This document shows, piece by piece, positions 20,735 to 29,196 of a stretch of 55,416 bases of DNA. Position 1 is the first letter of the stretch. Each line of letters opens with the position of its first letter. A program made the translations under genes and the position numbers. Origin of the DNA: an uncultured virus (IMG/VR IMGVR_UViG_3300026762_000001) (taxonomy: Fuselloviridae); the IMG/VR virus record IMGVR_UViG_3300026762_000001. The stretch is one strand, 5' to 3'. The notes beneath the pieces are model-generated. The model was given only the letters and a program-made list of their open reading frames with translations. It was not told the DNA's origin and did no database searches.

Positions 20735-20746
20735 GTCCTCAGCCCT

Positions 20747-21031
20747 TTAGCTAAACGTGTTAAGTATCTCCTGTATGATAACCAACGGTAATGTATCGTG
20801 GTAACATACATAAGCGTCTGACGTTTGTATGTCGTAAATTACGGATTTGATTTCCTCCATTATCTGTTCTTTGCTTAGTTCTGGGTATAGTTGTTTTATA
20901 GTCGTTGCCAATTTTTCCTTAATATCGTTGAGTTTGTTCACGTCTATTAAATCGCGGATAGCTTCGTAAGTGAAAATACTGTTTGACACAGATTCTACTA
21001 AACATCTCTTGATCTGCATTTTTCCACCCAT
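20747..21031 (-). CDS. Hypothetical protein
   Basis: ORF after a promoter cassette. Confidence 0.65.
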   Translation of the reverse strand: MGGKMQIKRCLVESVSNSIFTYEAIRDLIDVNKLNDIKEKLATTIKQLYPELSKEQIMEEIKSVIYDIQTSDAYVCYHDTLPLVIIQEILNTFS

Positions 21032-21098
21032 GAGAAAAAGGGTGAAAGAGGGTTAAAAAGCTTTCGGTGAGAGAACGTGGTTATGAATAGTTGTTCAG

Positions 21099-21141
21099 GT
21101 GCAACACCTTAATTATTGAGTCCTTTTCTTGCTGGGGTGCA
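21099..21141 (-). ncRNA. Stand-alone single-unit TIGR-like guide array
   Basis: + strand GTGCA-acaccttaa-TTATTGA-gtccttttc-TTGCTGGG-GTGCA, the same layout as the main array. Confidence 0.75.
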
Positions 21142-21149
21142 CCTAGTAT

Positions 21150-21217
21150 ATTCGGGGTATTTTATTACACTTTAAACGTTTTGGAATTTAAATTTTGTCC
21201 CGCCCTAAAGGACGAGG
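21150..21217 (-). promoter_or_regulatory. Leader/promoter shared by the two stand-alone arrays (second copy 27043-27110)
   Basis: Identical ~68 bp; on the - strand CCAAAACGTTTAAAG (BRE/TATA) lies ~20-30 nt before the first repeat. Confidence 0.65.
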
Positions 21218-21265
21218 CTTTCAATCTTTTTGTAAATTTAAATTTTTTTGGCTGGAATAGCTCAT

Positions 21266-22108
21266 ATGAGTTGGGGATTTGAAAAAAGAGGGTATGTGTT
21301 CACTACTTTACTTAAATACAAGCAGAAGTATAAGGATGCCGAGTTTGAGTTCACTAACTCTATACCTCGCTCTTATGTTAAAAAAATACTCGCTGTAGTA
21401 AAACTTGGTACCCCTGGTAATCTAGTTGAAGAAGATGATCAATATGTCCTAGATGACGTAGCCATAGTTTATGAAGACGAGGAAAAACAGGTCCGTATAG
21501 CTGTTCCTACTCCGTGGAATGAACTTGAAGTAGTCCTTACAAACTTTGAAAAGATAGTAATTACAAATAAGATTGAAATGCTTAAGAAAATTATACAAGA
21601 AGCTGTTATGAAGAAAGAAAAGGACAATTTCATAACGAGACAGTTTTACGACTATTATGAAGTGGCATATCCCCCTGACGGCAAAATCATCTATTACACA
21701 GATGAGATAAAGGTAAGTTATTATATGCTCCCAGTTAAGGGTTTCTTTTACGCAAACGGTAATGTTTACACAGATGATCTCGATGTATTAAATTTCGCAG
21801 CAAAATACATCGTCGAGCTAAACGGAATAAAGGTAAACAACTTAAAAGAACTAATTCAGATGTTCATGAAATTTCAAGACAAATTCTACATAACTGGAGA
21901 CACGTTAGCGAACTTCAAAGATAACGTAGTAGTAAGTCTTGCTGAGACTTGTGCAACGCCACTTTATCTAGACTACATAGTAATATATACTAACGACTTT
22001 AAGGCTGAAATAGGTTGTGGACTTATACTTAAAAAAGGAGTTATAGCGTTTAGTTATGAATGGGTAGCTGCGTCTCCAGATGTGTGGTCTGCACTTTCGA
22101 CCCCTTGA
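21266..22108 (+). CDS. Paralog family B member 1
   Basis: Closely similar to 28308-29153 (LLKYKQKY...AEIGCGL...SYEWVAASPDV). Confidence 0.8.
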   Translation: MSWGFEKRGYVFTTLLKYKQKYKDAEFEFTNSIPRSYVKKILAVVKLGTPGNLVEEDDQYVLDDVAIVYEDEEKQVRIAVPTPWNELEVVLTNFEKIVITNKIEMLKKIIQEAVMKKEKDNFITRQFYDYYEVAYPPDGKIIYYTDEIKVSYYMLPVKGFFYANGNVYTDDLDVLNFAAKYIVELNGIKVNNLKELIQMFMKFQDKFYITGDTLANFKDNVVVSLAETCATPLYLDYIVIYTNDFKAEIGCGLILKKGVIAFSYEWVAASPDVWSALSTP

Positions 22109-22132
22109 AGAGTTCTATGGCCTCATCCTTCT

Positions 22133-22435
22133 TCATGAACGACTGAGCTTAACGACAACTATTTCGAATTTGTTGGGATCTAACTCGGCTTTATGAAGCC
22201 TCTCAGCTTCCGCTATCCACTCCTCAACGCTCCCAAACCCGCTATAATCTGCATACTGACTTAGCGAAAAAAGTGTGAGAGGAGCTATTGCGATAACCTT
22301 ACCGTAAAATCTCTTATCCCCTACTTTTGCAATTACTCTTTGTCCTACTCTATAATACCCTTTCCTTCTAATCGTAGTAACTACATTAGCACCACTTAGA
22401 ATGTATCTTTGCACAGTAGGAGAATTGAAAATCAT
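22133..22435 (-). CDS. ASCH-domain protein
   Basis: F...ILSG...TTIRR motif and A..SGF.S..EW. Confidence 0.7.
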   Translation of the reverse strand: MIFNSPTVQRYILSGANVVTTIRRKGYYRVGQRVIAKVGDKRFYGKVIAIAPLTLFSLSQYADYSGFGSVEEWIAEAERLHKAELDPNKFEIVVVKLSRS

Positions 22436-22630
22436 GGACGGGTCACCTTAGAAATTTTAAGACATCGTGTTCATCCTGCAGCAGCATGATTTTTGTTTCA
22501 CTGTAATTTTTGAGATGATAGAGAGCATGAGGAAATTTCGCGTGTCCCATTCTCTTCATAAATATCATTATCAAAGCATTTTGTTGATATAGCGTTCTAA
22601 ACCAACTAGTTGTTGGGTCAAATGGTAAGT

Positions 22631-22965
22631 GTGAGCTACCCCGCCCTGAAGGGCGGAGCTTCCTGCTTCATAACTCCTCCTTGCCCGTAGCCTTTCGCTA
22701 CGGGTAGAGGGCGAAGCTCCACAGGCACTAAGGGTGGCTCCCACCCCGAGCACTGGTGTTAACGTGCTGTGTCCCAATATGGGACTGTTGAATGGAGCAG
22801 AGGCGTACCACATAGACCCTCGCTTTAACCGAGGCGTCTCGGTGACGCTTGCTCCGTCAGTGACTGCCATTAAGAGAAATTTTGGCAAAGAGGTATTTAA
22901 ACTTTCTGTAATGGGGTTATCCATCCCCGCTGGCGAGGCTTTCCGCCCCTTAACCCCCAATTTTT
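22631..22965 (-). mobile_element. IS200/IS605-derived MITE, type 1 (335 bp)
   Basis: Inserted 3' of TTAC, ends in TCAC, has subterminal hairpins; near-identical to 31397-31730. Confidence 0.85.
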
Positions 22966-23015
22966 GTAACTTAATAAGATTAAACTCAACCATTTTATCA
23001 CCCTTCTCAGGAAGA

Positions 23016-23543
23016 TCAATCGCCAAATGCGATTATATTGACTAATCTGGTAAGTTCTGCCAGTGCCTTAGCTGTTTTTATTTTTTCTGGATCTTCTGAA
23101 AATTCTATTTTATATCCCCGTCTTAGATAGTTGTACAGGTCTGCGATTGTAGAACTAACGTGTTTGGTAACTGGAGTCTCTGGTAATGTGGCCAATAAAT
23201 GTGGGACGTACCTGCTAACGGTATATTCCCTAACAACGTAGACAATAATTGTATCGTTTTTAACGTCATAACTAGCCCAGTCGTATGCTTTATTGCCATT
23301 TATAATGATATTTTTACCGCCAGGATTGTCTATCGAACGACTAAAATACTTTACAACACCGTTGTTGATGTAAATAATAGAATTAAATGTGTTTGTCGTT
23401 TTTGTTAGAGTGTCAAGTATGTAAGGTATAACGTCTTCTTTTCTTTTAATTTCAAGTAAACTAATGTCTACTAGTTGATCTTCGTCGATTTTGATATTTT
23501 CTAGGAGTTTAAGCAATTCATCTATTTTCATTTTTCCACCCAT
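23016..23543 (-). CDS. Hypothetical protein with MKIDELLKLLENI tag
   Basis: ORF after a promoter cassette. Confidence 0.75.
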   Translation of the reverse strand: MGGKMKIDELLKLLENIKIDEDQLVDISLLEIKRKEDVIPYILDTLTKTTNTFNSIIYINNGVVKYFSRSIDNPGGKNIIINGNKAYDWASYDVKNDTIIVYVVREYTVSRYVPHLLATLPETPVTKHVSSTIADLYNYLRRGYKIEFSEDPEKIKTAKALAELTRLVNIIAFGD

Positions 23544-23612
23544 GATAGAAAAAGGGAAAAGGGGGTTTAAAAAGCTTTCGCTGGGAGGACGTGGTTATGA
23601 ACAGTTGTTCAG

Positions 23613-23994
23613 GTGCAATTTATGGATTATTGAACTTGCTTTTTGCTTGGGTGCATGAGAATATTTATTGAACTCCCATCTTGCTTGGGTGCAAGTTAAC
23701 GATTATTGAATACTCCTATTGCTTATGTGCAATTTATACTTTATTGATCCACATGATTGCTTAGGTGCAGTTCGTCAATTATTGAATGCTTTTGTTGCTT
23801 GTGTGCATAAGGAGAATTATTGAATCTTCTTGTTGCTTGTGTGTATATCCACTATTATTGAAGTTTGCTCTTGCTTGTGTGCAATGACGGTATTATTGAT
23901 TTTTTTTCTTGTGTGCAGTACTGTCATTAATTGACTCTCCTTCTTGCTTATGTGCAATATAGGTATTATTGAATGGACTCTTTGCTTTTGTGCA
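23613..23994 (-). ncRNA. TIGR-like dual-spacer guide RNA array, 10 units
   Basis: + strand unit GTGCA-N9-TTATTGA-N9-TTGCTTNN. GTGCA starts at 23613, 23651, 23689, 23727, 23765, 23803, 23841, 23879, 23913, 23952 and 23990. All N9 segments differ. Confidence 0.88.
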
Positions 23995-23995
23995 A

Positions 23996-25027
23996 TTATT
24001 CTACGATCTTTTTCTTTTTAAGCCACGTTATTACCTCATCCTTATCTACCTCCAACTCCTCTATAATTTTCTCAAACTTAGCTTTATATTTAGTTGTTTT
24101 TATATCCGTATAATAGTCGGTCACAGGGCCTATTATAAAATCAGCGTGTTTGCTGATACTATTGTATTCCTTCCCCAAAACTACCTTATAGGCTTCAGTT
24201 AGTGGCACTCCTTCGCGATAATGCAAGGAGATGGCAAAATATTGTGATAATAATAAAGATAACGCTTTCCTGATAGCAGTACGTTGTACTTTTAGTTTAG
24301 TCCAGTCTGGGTGTTTGGACGCTATCTCGTCCTTAAACGATTTTATTATTTTAGCGTAAACACCGCCAGCTAATATGAGGTTGTTAGTCAGAATTCCTAG
24401 TAAAAACGTCTTAACAGTCCTGTTGTACTTTACGTTTCTTGCTGCTGTACCTACGAGTTTAGTGCCATCATTAGGACATAACCATCCGTCTTTAGAGGGA
24501 ACGGCTGGTTTTCCGTTACTTGACTCACCCGCGTAATAATAATATCCGCACTTCGGACACTGGAACATTACAGCTAAACCAGCGTACTTCCTGAACTTGT
24601 TGATGTTGTATTCAAACCTAGGTGGATATGCGTAAACTATCAGTCTGGCAGCGTTAGCTGGCCCTATACCCCTAACAAACGCCAAGAAGTTGGCAAATTC
24701 AGGGAATTTAGTAACAGCGTCAGCGATTAGTCCCTCGACTATCTCCTGATGTTTAAGTAATTCCATAAACCTTTGTATGAGTTCGACTGATGGTGTTTCT
24801 TCAACGATTTTCACTGGCTCGCCACATATAGGACATTTATCACGTTTTTCATCTTCCTTGAGTAATATAATGTGATTGTTCTTACATAACGAATATCTCT
24901 TAGTAAAAACCCAATTATTTTTGTCTTTTTTTGCTCCTATACGGTTTCCGTACGCCACACGAAGTTTTATCAAATCGTCTCTGAATGCTACTAAATCCTT
25001 TAAATACATTAGGTCTCTCTCACTCAC
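23996..25027 (-). CDS. Nop-domain (IS110-related) Tas-like RNA-guided protein with no RuvC and two Zn-ribbon inserts
   Basis: DLVAFRDDLIKLRVAYGNRI, VRGIGPANAARL, FRKYAGLA, YNRTVKTFL and RTAIRKA match the IS110 C-terminal/Nop fold. No DEDD domain. Abuts the array. Confidence 0.82.
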   Translation of the reverse strand: MSERDLMYLKDLVAFRDDLIKLRVAYGNRIGAKKDKNNWVFTKRYSLCKNNHIILLKEDEKRDKCPICGEPVKIVEETPSVELIQRFMELLKHQEIVEGLIADAVTKFPEFANFLAFVRGIGPANAARLIVYAYPPRFEYNINKFRKYAGLAVMFQCPKCGYYYYAGESSNGKPAVPSKDGWLCPNDGTKLVGTAARNVKYNRTVKTFLLGILTNNLILAGGVYAKIIKSFKDEIASKHPDWTKLKVQRTAIRKALSLLLSQYFAISLHYREGVPLTEAYKVVLGKEYNSISKHADFIIGPVTDYYTDIKTTKYKAKFEKIIEELEVDKDEVITWLKKKKIVE

Positions 25028-25135
25028 ATTCTCCCCCCAAGAGAAAAAGGGAAAAGGGGGTTAAAAAGCTTTCGCTGGAATCTTCAAAACCGCAAAACTT
25101 TTAAAACAACAAAACACAATATTCCATGACCGAAA

Positions 25136-25375
25136 ATGTATGCAAAAATAGAGATAGAGATAGAAGAAGAAAAAGATGGAAGCCTAACATTAAAGTACAA
25201 TGGAATGAAGATAGGAGACCTTAATGACGTGAAACCAATAGATGAAATAAACGAAGTTCACGATTTAATCAAAGTGAGAGACAAGATAATGAGCTCCAGC
25301 AAATTACTCAATGACCTTAATAAAGAAATAGAACATAGATTAGCGAAATTATTAGCCTGGTACCACACTGAATAG
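25136..25375 (+). CDS. Small hypothetical protein divergent from the Tas-like gene
   Basis: ORF with an upstream TATA box (AAAACTTTTAAA); may start at 25126 region or 25139. Confidence 0.6.
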   Translation: MYAKIEIEIEEEKDGSLTLKYNGMKIGDLNDVKPIDEINEVHDLIKVRDKIMSSSKLLNDLNKEIEHRLAKLLAWYHTE

Positions 25376-25378
25376 TAA

Positions 25379-25402
25379 GCTTTTTTTTTTAAAAAAAAAA
25401 GC
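25379..25402. terminator. Perfect palindrome GC-T10-A10-GC, probable bidirectional terminator
   Basis: Lies between convergent transcription units and gives an oligo-T tract on both strands. Confidence 0.55.
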
Positions 25403-25467
25403 GTTATTGAGATTAAATTGGAAGACGTGAACTACCCCGCCCTAATGGACGGGGCTTTCTATTTTTA

Positions 25468-25832
25468 CTGACTTCCTCCCCGCCCTGGAAGGGTGAGGGT
25501 TCCCTTCCAGAGGGTTCATCGTTCCCACCATCGGTTCGGGGCTACATCCCTCATTTGGTGGGCAGTCGAATGGCTCAGAGAACCACTCCCATTTAGCATT
25601 GGAGTATCTCCCACAAAGGGGACTTTCATTGCCGAGCTCTAGTCCCTTGAAGGAAAGAGATAATGGTTGCTCCTCCCACAGTCCCATTAAGCCCTCAATC
25701 GAGCTGGGGAGGAGCGTCATTAGCGTCACTAAGATATTTTTGACAAAGAGGTATTTAAACTTTCTGTAAGGGGGCTATCCATCCCCGCCCTAGAAGGGGC
25801 GAGGCTTTCCGCCCCCTTAACCCCCATTTTTA
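25468..25832 (-). mobile_element. IS200/IS605-derived MITE, type 2 (365 bp, internally deleted tnpB element)
   Basis: Inserted after TTAC, ends GGGGAGGAAGTCAG; homologous to 48273-48626. Confidence 0.85.
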
Positions 25833-26492
25833 GTAAATTTCTAACTGCTCGACTAACCGTGCTAATTCTGGATGGCTCTCAAGTGTACGCTGTAACGCTT
25901 TTTTAGCGTTCTCATAATTTTTGTATAAAATTTGTTTAAATATATCGTCGTTAACTTCTATAATTTTTATTTCGTTCCCCTCGACGTATAATACGGAATA
26001 CCTCGGTAAAGCGTTGGTATACGGTAGTTTAATAGCGACAAGTGGAGTAGAAAATAACATGAACATGAATCCATTGAACCTCCCGCTAAGTTTAACATAC
26101 GACAGAGTAGTAATGTATATGTTATCGGCAGTAGTAAGTATATAATTAGACTTATCATCGTTTATAAACTTGTCTATAGCTATTTGATATATCGTAAAAC
26201 TTTTAACAATAGCATAGCCCATAAGTGAAGTATATATCGTTACACGTAAATCGTCTTCCTCTCCTTGAAAGAAAGGTAATACGACTCCTGTTTCAAAAAG
26301 CATGATTGCAATAGCTCTTTTCCCGTTAAGATAGCATGGAGGTGATAAATAAAAAAACTCTCTTTTCTGTAATTGCCCACACGTGGTATCGTCTAACTTG
26401 ATATGATCAGACTGTATTTCCTTCTCTGAAATTATAATAGTATTATTCTTTGTTAATTCAATTATTGAATTAACATACTCATCTATATTCAT
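25830..26492 (-). CDS. Hypothetical protein; its stop codon lies in the MITE left end
   Basis: 220-aa ORF. Confidence 0.7.
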   Translation of the reverse strand: MNIDEYVNSIIELTKNNTIIISEKEIQSDHIKLDDTTCGQLQKREFFYLSPPCYLNGKRAIAIMLFETGVVLPFFQGEEDDLRVTIYTSLMGYAIVKSFTIYQIAIDKFINDDKSNYILTTADNIYITTLSYVKLSGRFNGFMFMLFSTPLVAIKLPYTNALPRYSVLYVEGNEIKIIEVNDDIFKQILYKNYENAKKALQRTLESHPELARLVEQLEIY

Positions 26493-26495
26493 TTT

Positions 26496-26846
26496 TCAAT
26501 CCCCCAATTCGGGTAATTTTTCTCCTGTCCATGGGCTAATGTGCAAGTTATATACCTCGTCAGCGTGACAGGGTGCAATTACCATGTTATTTGGGTAAAT
26601 AACCAATAGTTGATAGAATTCGTGGCATGTATTGTCAGCGTCTTTACGAAATTCGTCGTAGTTTTCCCATCTTATACCATAATTAGTAATAACTCCGTGT
26701 TTCGGTTTTTTATTCCAACAGAACGATAATAATATGTCGTCGTTATTATCAACCATCATTAATAATGTATCTGGCGGTAACTTAATATTGGGAATATCTA
26801 TAGGACGCATGCTCATTTTTTCTCCACCTCGGGGGCTTTGCCCCAT
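26496..26846 (-). CDS. Hypothetical protein
   Basis: ORF after a promoter cassette; likely start 26816. Confidence 0.65.
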   Translation of the reverse strand: MGQSPRGGEKMSMRPIDIPNIKLPPDTLLMMVDNNDDILLSFCWNKKPKHGVITNYGIRWENYDEFRKDADNTCHEFYQLLVIYPNNMVIAPCHADEVYNLHISPWTGEKLPELGD

Positions 26847-26906
26847 GAGAAAAAGGGTGAAAGGGGGTTAAAAAAGCTTTCGGTGAGAGGACATGATTAG
26901 GTTGAT

Positions 26907-26952
26907 AAAACGAGCGACAAACCTCACCCTTCCAGGGCGGGGAGGAGGTCAG
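26907..26952 (+). mobile_element. 46-bp IS605 left-end/right-end fusion mini-element
   Basis: TGAT|AAAACGAGCGACAAACCTCACCCTTCCAGGGCGGGGAGGAGGTCAG. Confidence 0.75.
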
Positions 26953-26959
26953 TGCTTCC

Positions 26960-27040
26960 GTGCAGTACATTAATTATTGAATTCTTCTCTTGCTTGTGTG
27001 CAAATGCGTAATTATTGAGTTAGTTGATTGCTTATGTGCA
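26960..27040 (-). ncRNA. Stand-alone two-unit TIGR-like guide array
   Basis: GTGCA at 26960, 26998 and 27036; spacer pairs gtacattaa/attcttctc and aatgcgtaa/gttagttga. Confidence 0.8.
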
Positions 27041-27215
27041 ACATTCGGGGTATTTTATTACACTTTAAACGTTTTGGAATTTAAATTTTGTCCCGCCCTA
27101 AAGGACGAGGTTTGCCGTTCGTTTAATTAAGCGGGGTTCCCCGAAAGGGGTAGACCCGCGTCCTATCGTACCCCCACGTGAAAAAGCGACGCTGCTGAAG
27201 TATAAAAGCAATCTA

Positions 27216-27238
27216 CTGCTACTCTTTAGAAGTGCGTG
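27216..27238 (-). repeat. Solitary copy of the 23-bp repeat from the 33.7-kb mini-array
   Basis: Reverse complement is CACGCACTTCTAAAGAGTAGCAG, 2 mismatches from the consensus. Confidence 0.65.
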
Positions 27239-27242
27239 CTTT

Positions 27243-27539
27243 TCAATAACAAAAAAATTCATCTGCAATGAAGTCTAAATGCGAATTAAATACATGAAGA
27301 AGAACGCCTACTTTTACATATGGCCCTTTGCCACATATCCTACAGTAATGATAGTGGTTACTATTATTTTTATATACAAATTGTGGGCTGATGTAGTCAT
27401 ATAGTTCCATTAAAGCTTGGATAAAGTTTTCGTAAAGTTCATCTCTTCTATCATCGCCTAATTTTAATTTACTTAACTCGTTGTGATAATGTAGGATGGA
27501 TTCTATTATTTTACATTCATTTGAAATTTGCTTTGTCAT
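27243..27539 (-). CDS. C2H2 zinc-finger protein
   Basis: CRICGKG...HVFNSH; start moved to MTKQ. Confidence 0.7.
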   Translation of the reverse strand: MTKQISNECKIIESILHYHNELSKLKLGDDRRDELYENFIQALMELYDYISPQFVYKNNSNHYHYCRICGKGPYVKVGVLLHVFNSHLDFIADEFFCY

Positions 27540-27577
27540 TTTTCTGACCTCCTCCCCGTCCGTGAGGGCGGGATAGT

Positions 27578-27925
27578 TTACTCTTTCCAAATTTCCACTA
27601 TCCACAGGTGATTTAATACTAGGATTTCGATGGGTTTTAGTGGGGCGTAATCTGGAACCTCGTACTTAAAGTACTGTTTTAAGTCCACTTTATCTACCAC
27701 ATTTACGTGTTTAACTACATCGTCTCCCAGTTCGCATATTTTCTTCCATTCGTCAAGTGCGTCCTTCTCTACTATTATGTCTGAAATGTAAGATGGATCC
27801 GAAATTGAACATAATTCGGCCTCCTCAGTTTTCCACAGATAGATACGTAGTCCAGAATATACTACCATAAACGAAAAGAGCTGGTTCAAGTTGAAGTCCT
27901 TAACTATGATCTTCAATACTGACAC
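27578..27925 (-). CDS. Hypothetical protein
   Basis: ORF in operon. Confidence 0.65.
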   Translation of the reverse strand: MSVLKIIVKDFNLNQLFSFMVVYSGLRIYLWKTEEAELCSISDPSYISDIIVEKDALDEWKKICELGDDVVKHVNVVDKVDLKQYFKYEVPDYAPLKPIEILVLNHLWIVEIWKE

Positions 27926-28217
27926 CTCCCTCGTCTTCGACTAAAACGAAATCGAATTCTACTTTCTTCCCCGTCAGCATCTCATATATTTCTGAAGGCT
28001 TTCTCTTGAACTTTTCCAGTAGTTCATAGATATTTCGCACTCCTAGGTTCTCGTAGATATCTCTAACCATGTCTTTGGCCTCACGATCCTCCTCAATTAT
28101 CATTGCAAAATAATCGCCGTAATCTTTCAGAAAGTAGGACTCCCTAGACCCTTCTTCATAAAATCTTAAACCGTATTGTTTATTCTCTATTATTAGGGTT
28201 TTTCCAAGACTTTCCAT
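27900..28217 (-). CDS. Hypothetical protein
   Basis: ORF after a promoter cassette. Confidence 0.7.
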   Translation of the reverse strand: MESLGKTLIIENKQYGLRFYEEGSRESYFLKDYGDYFAMIIEEDREAKDMVRDIYENLGVRNIYELLEKFKRKPSEIYEMLTGKKVEFDFVLVEDEGGVSIEDHS

Positions 28218-28307
28218 TTTTTCACCCCATGAGAAAAGGGGAAAAGGGGTTAAAAAAGCTTTCGCTGAAAACGATAAAATTTATTTTTTCTAACTAGAGT
28301 AGTTCAT

Positions 28308-29153
28308 ATGAGCAATTTACCTTCGCCCTCTTCCATTAATTTAACATTTTTGTTTAATAATTTACTTAAATATAAGCAGAAGTATGAGGATGCCGAGTTT
28401 TTGTTTGACAACCGTATACCTATCTCTTCTGTTAAAAAGATAATTAGTGTAGAGAGACTTACTAAGGATGCTGATCTAATTGAAGAAGATTATAATTATT
28501 ACCTACAGAACATAGTCCTAGTCTATGAGGATAATAAACGTCGGATTCACATAACTATTCCTCCTAATATCATCCCGAATGACGAAAAAGGAATCCTTAC
28601 CAACATAAAGAAAGTAGTAATTACAGACAAGATCAAAATGATAAAACAAATTATACAAGAAGTTGTTATGAAGAAAAAATGGGATAATTACATTGCAGTA
28701 TACCCTTACGCCACACAATTACCCAACGGAGAAATTATCTACTACACGGATAAAATAAGTGTGAGTGATAATCTGTTTCCAGTTATCGGTTTCTTTTATG
28801 TAAACGGTGATATTTATACGAATGATCCAGAGGTACTAAAGTCTGCAGCTAGATATATTATTGAGGCGAACGGAATAAAGGTAAACAACTTAAAAGAACT
28901 AATTCAAATATTCATGAAATTTAAAGACAAATTCTACATAACTGGAGACACGTTAGCAAACTTCAGAGATAATGATAAGATAGAATTCGGTGAAACTTGT
29001 CTCACACCATTATACCCAGAAGATGTAATAATATACACTAGTAACTTTGAAGCTGAAATAGGTTGTGGACTTAGACTTAAAAAAGGAATTATAGCGTTTA
29101 GTTATGAATGGGTAGCCGCGTCCCCAGATGTCCGGTCTGCACTTACTCACTGA
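28308..29153 (+). CDS. Paralog family B member 2
   Basis: Closely similar to 21266-22108. Confidence 0.8.
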   Translation: MSNLPSPSSINLTFLFNNLLKYKQKYEDAEFLFDNRIPISSVKKIISVERLTKDADLIEEDYNYYLQNIVLVYEDNKRRIHITIPPNIIPNDEKGILTNIKKVVITDKIKMIKQIIQEVVMKKKWDNYIAVYPYATQLPNGEIIYYTDKISVSDNLFPVIGFFYVNGDIYTNDPEVLKSAARYIIEANGIKVNNLKELIQIFMKFKDKFYITGDTLANFRDNDKIEFGETCLTPLYPEDVIIYTSNFEAEIGCGLRLKKGIIAFSYEWVAASPDVRSALTH

Positions 29154-29195
29154 CCTCCTCCCCGCCCTGGAAGGGCGAGGCTTGTCGTTCGTTTT
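29150..29195 (-). mobile_element. 46-bp IS605 mini-element
   Basis: Same sequence family as 48064-48109; supplies the TGA of the upstream + strand gene. Confidence 0.75.
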
Positions 29196-29196
29196 G

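Noticed and set aside
21091..21282. 63-aa + strand ORF
   Set aside because: Runs through the mini-array, its leader and an IS remnant.
22571..23045. ORFs 22571-23026, 22734-23045, 25442-25729, 31382-31666, 31401-31802 and 48362-48640 as genes
   Set aside because: They are reading frames through MITE sequence.
23613..23994. Canonical CRISPR array or simple VNTR
   Set aside because: Variable segments are only 9 nt, two different repeats alternate, and variation is confined to fixed slots.
23996..25027. Ordinary IS110 transposase
   Set aside because: It lacks the N-terminal DEDD domain and the catalytic-serine loop, and it abuts a dual-spacer array.
23613..27040. Self-targets of the guide spacers inside this window
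   Set aside because: Spot checks by eye found only isolated 9-mer matches and no adjacent pair; the check was not exhaustive.
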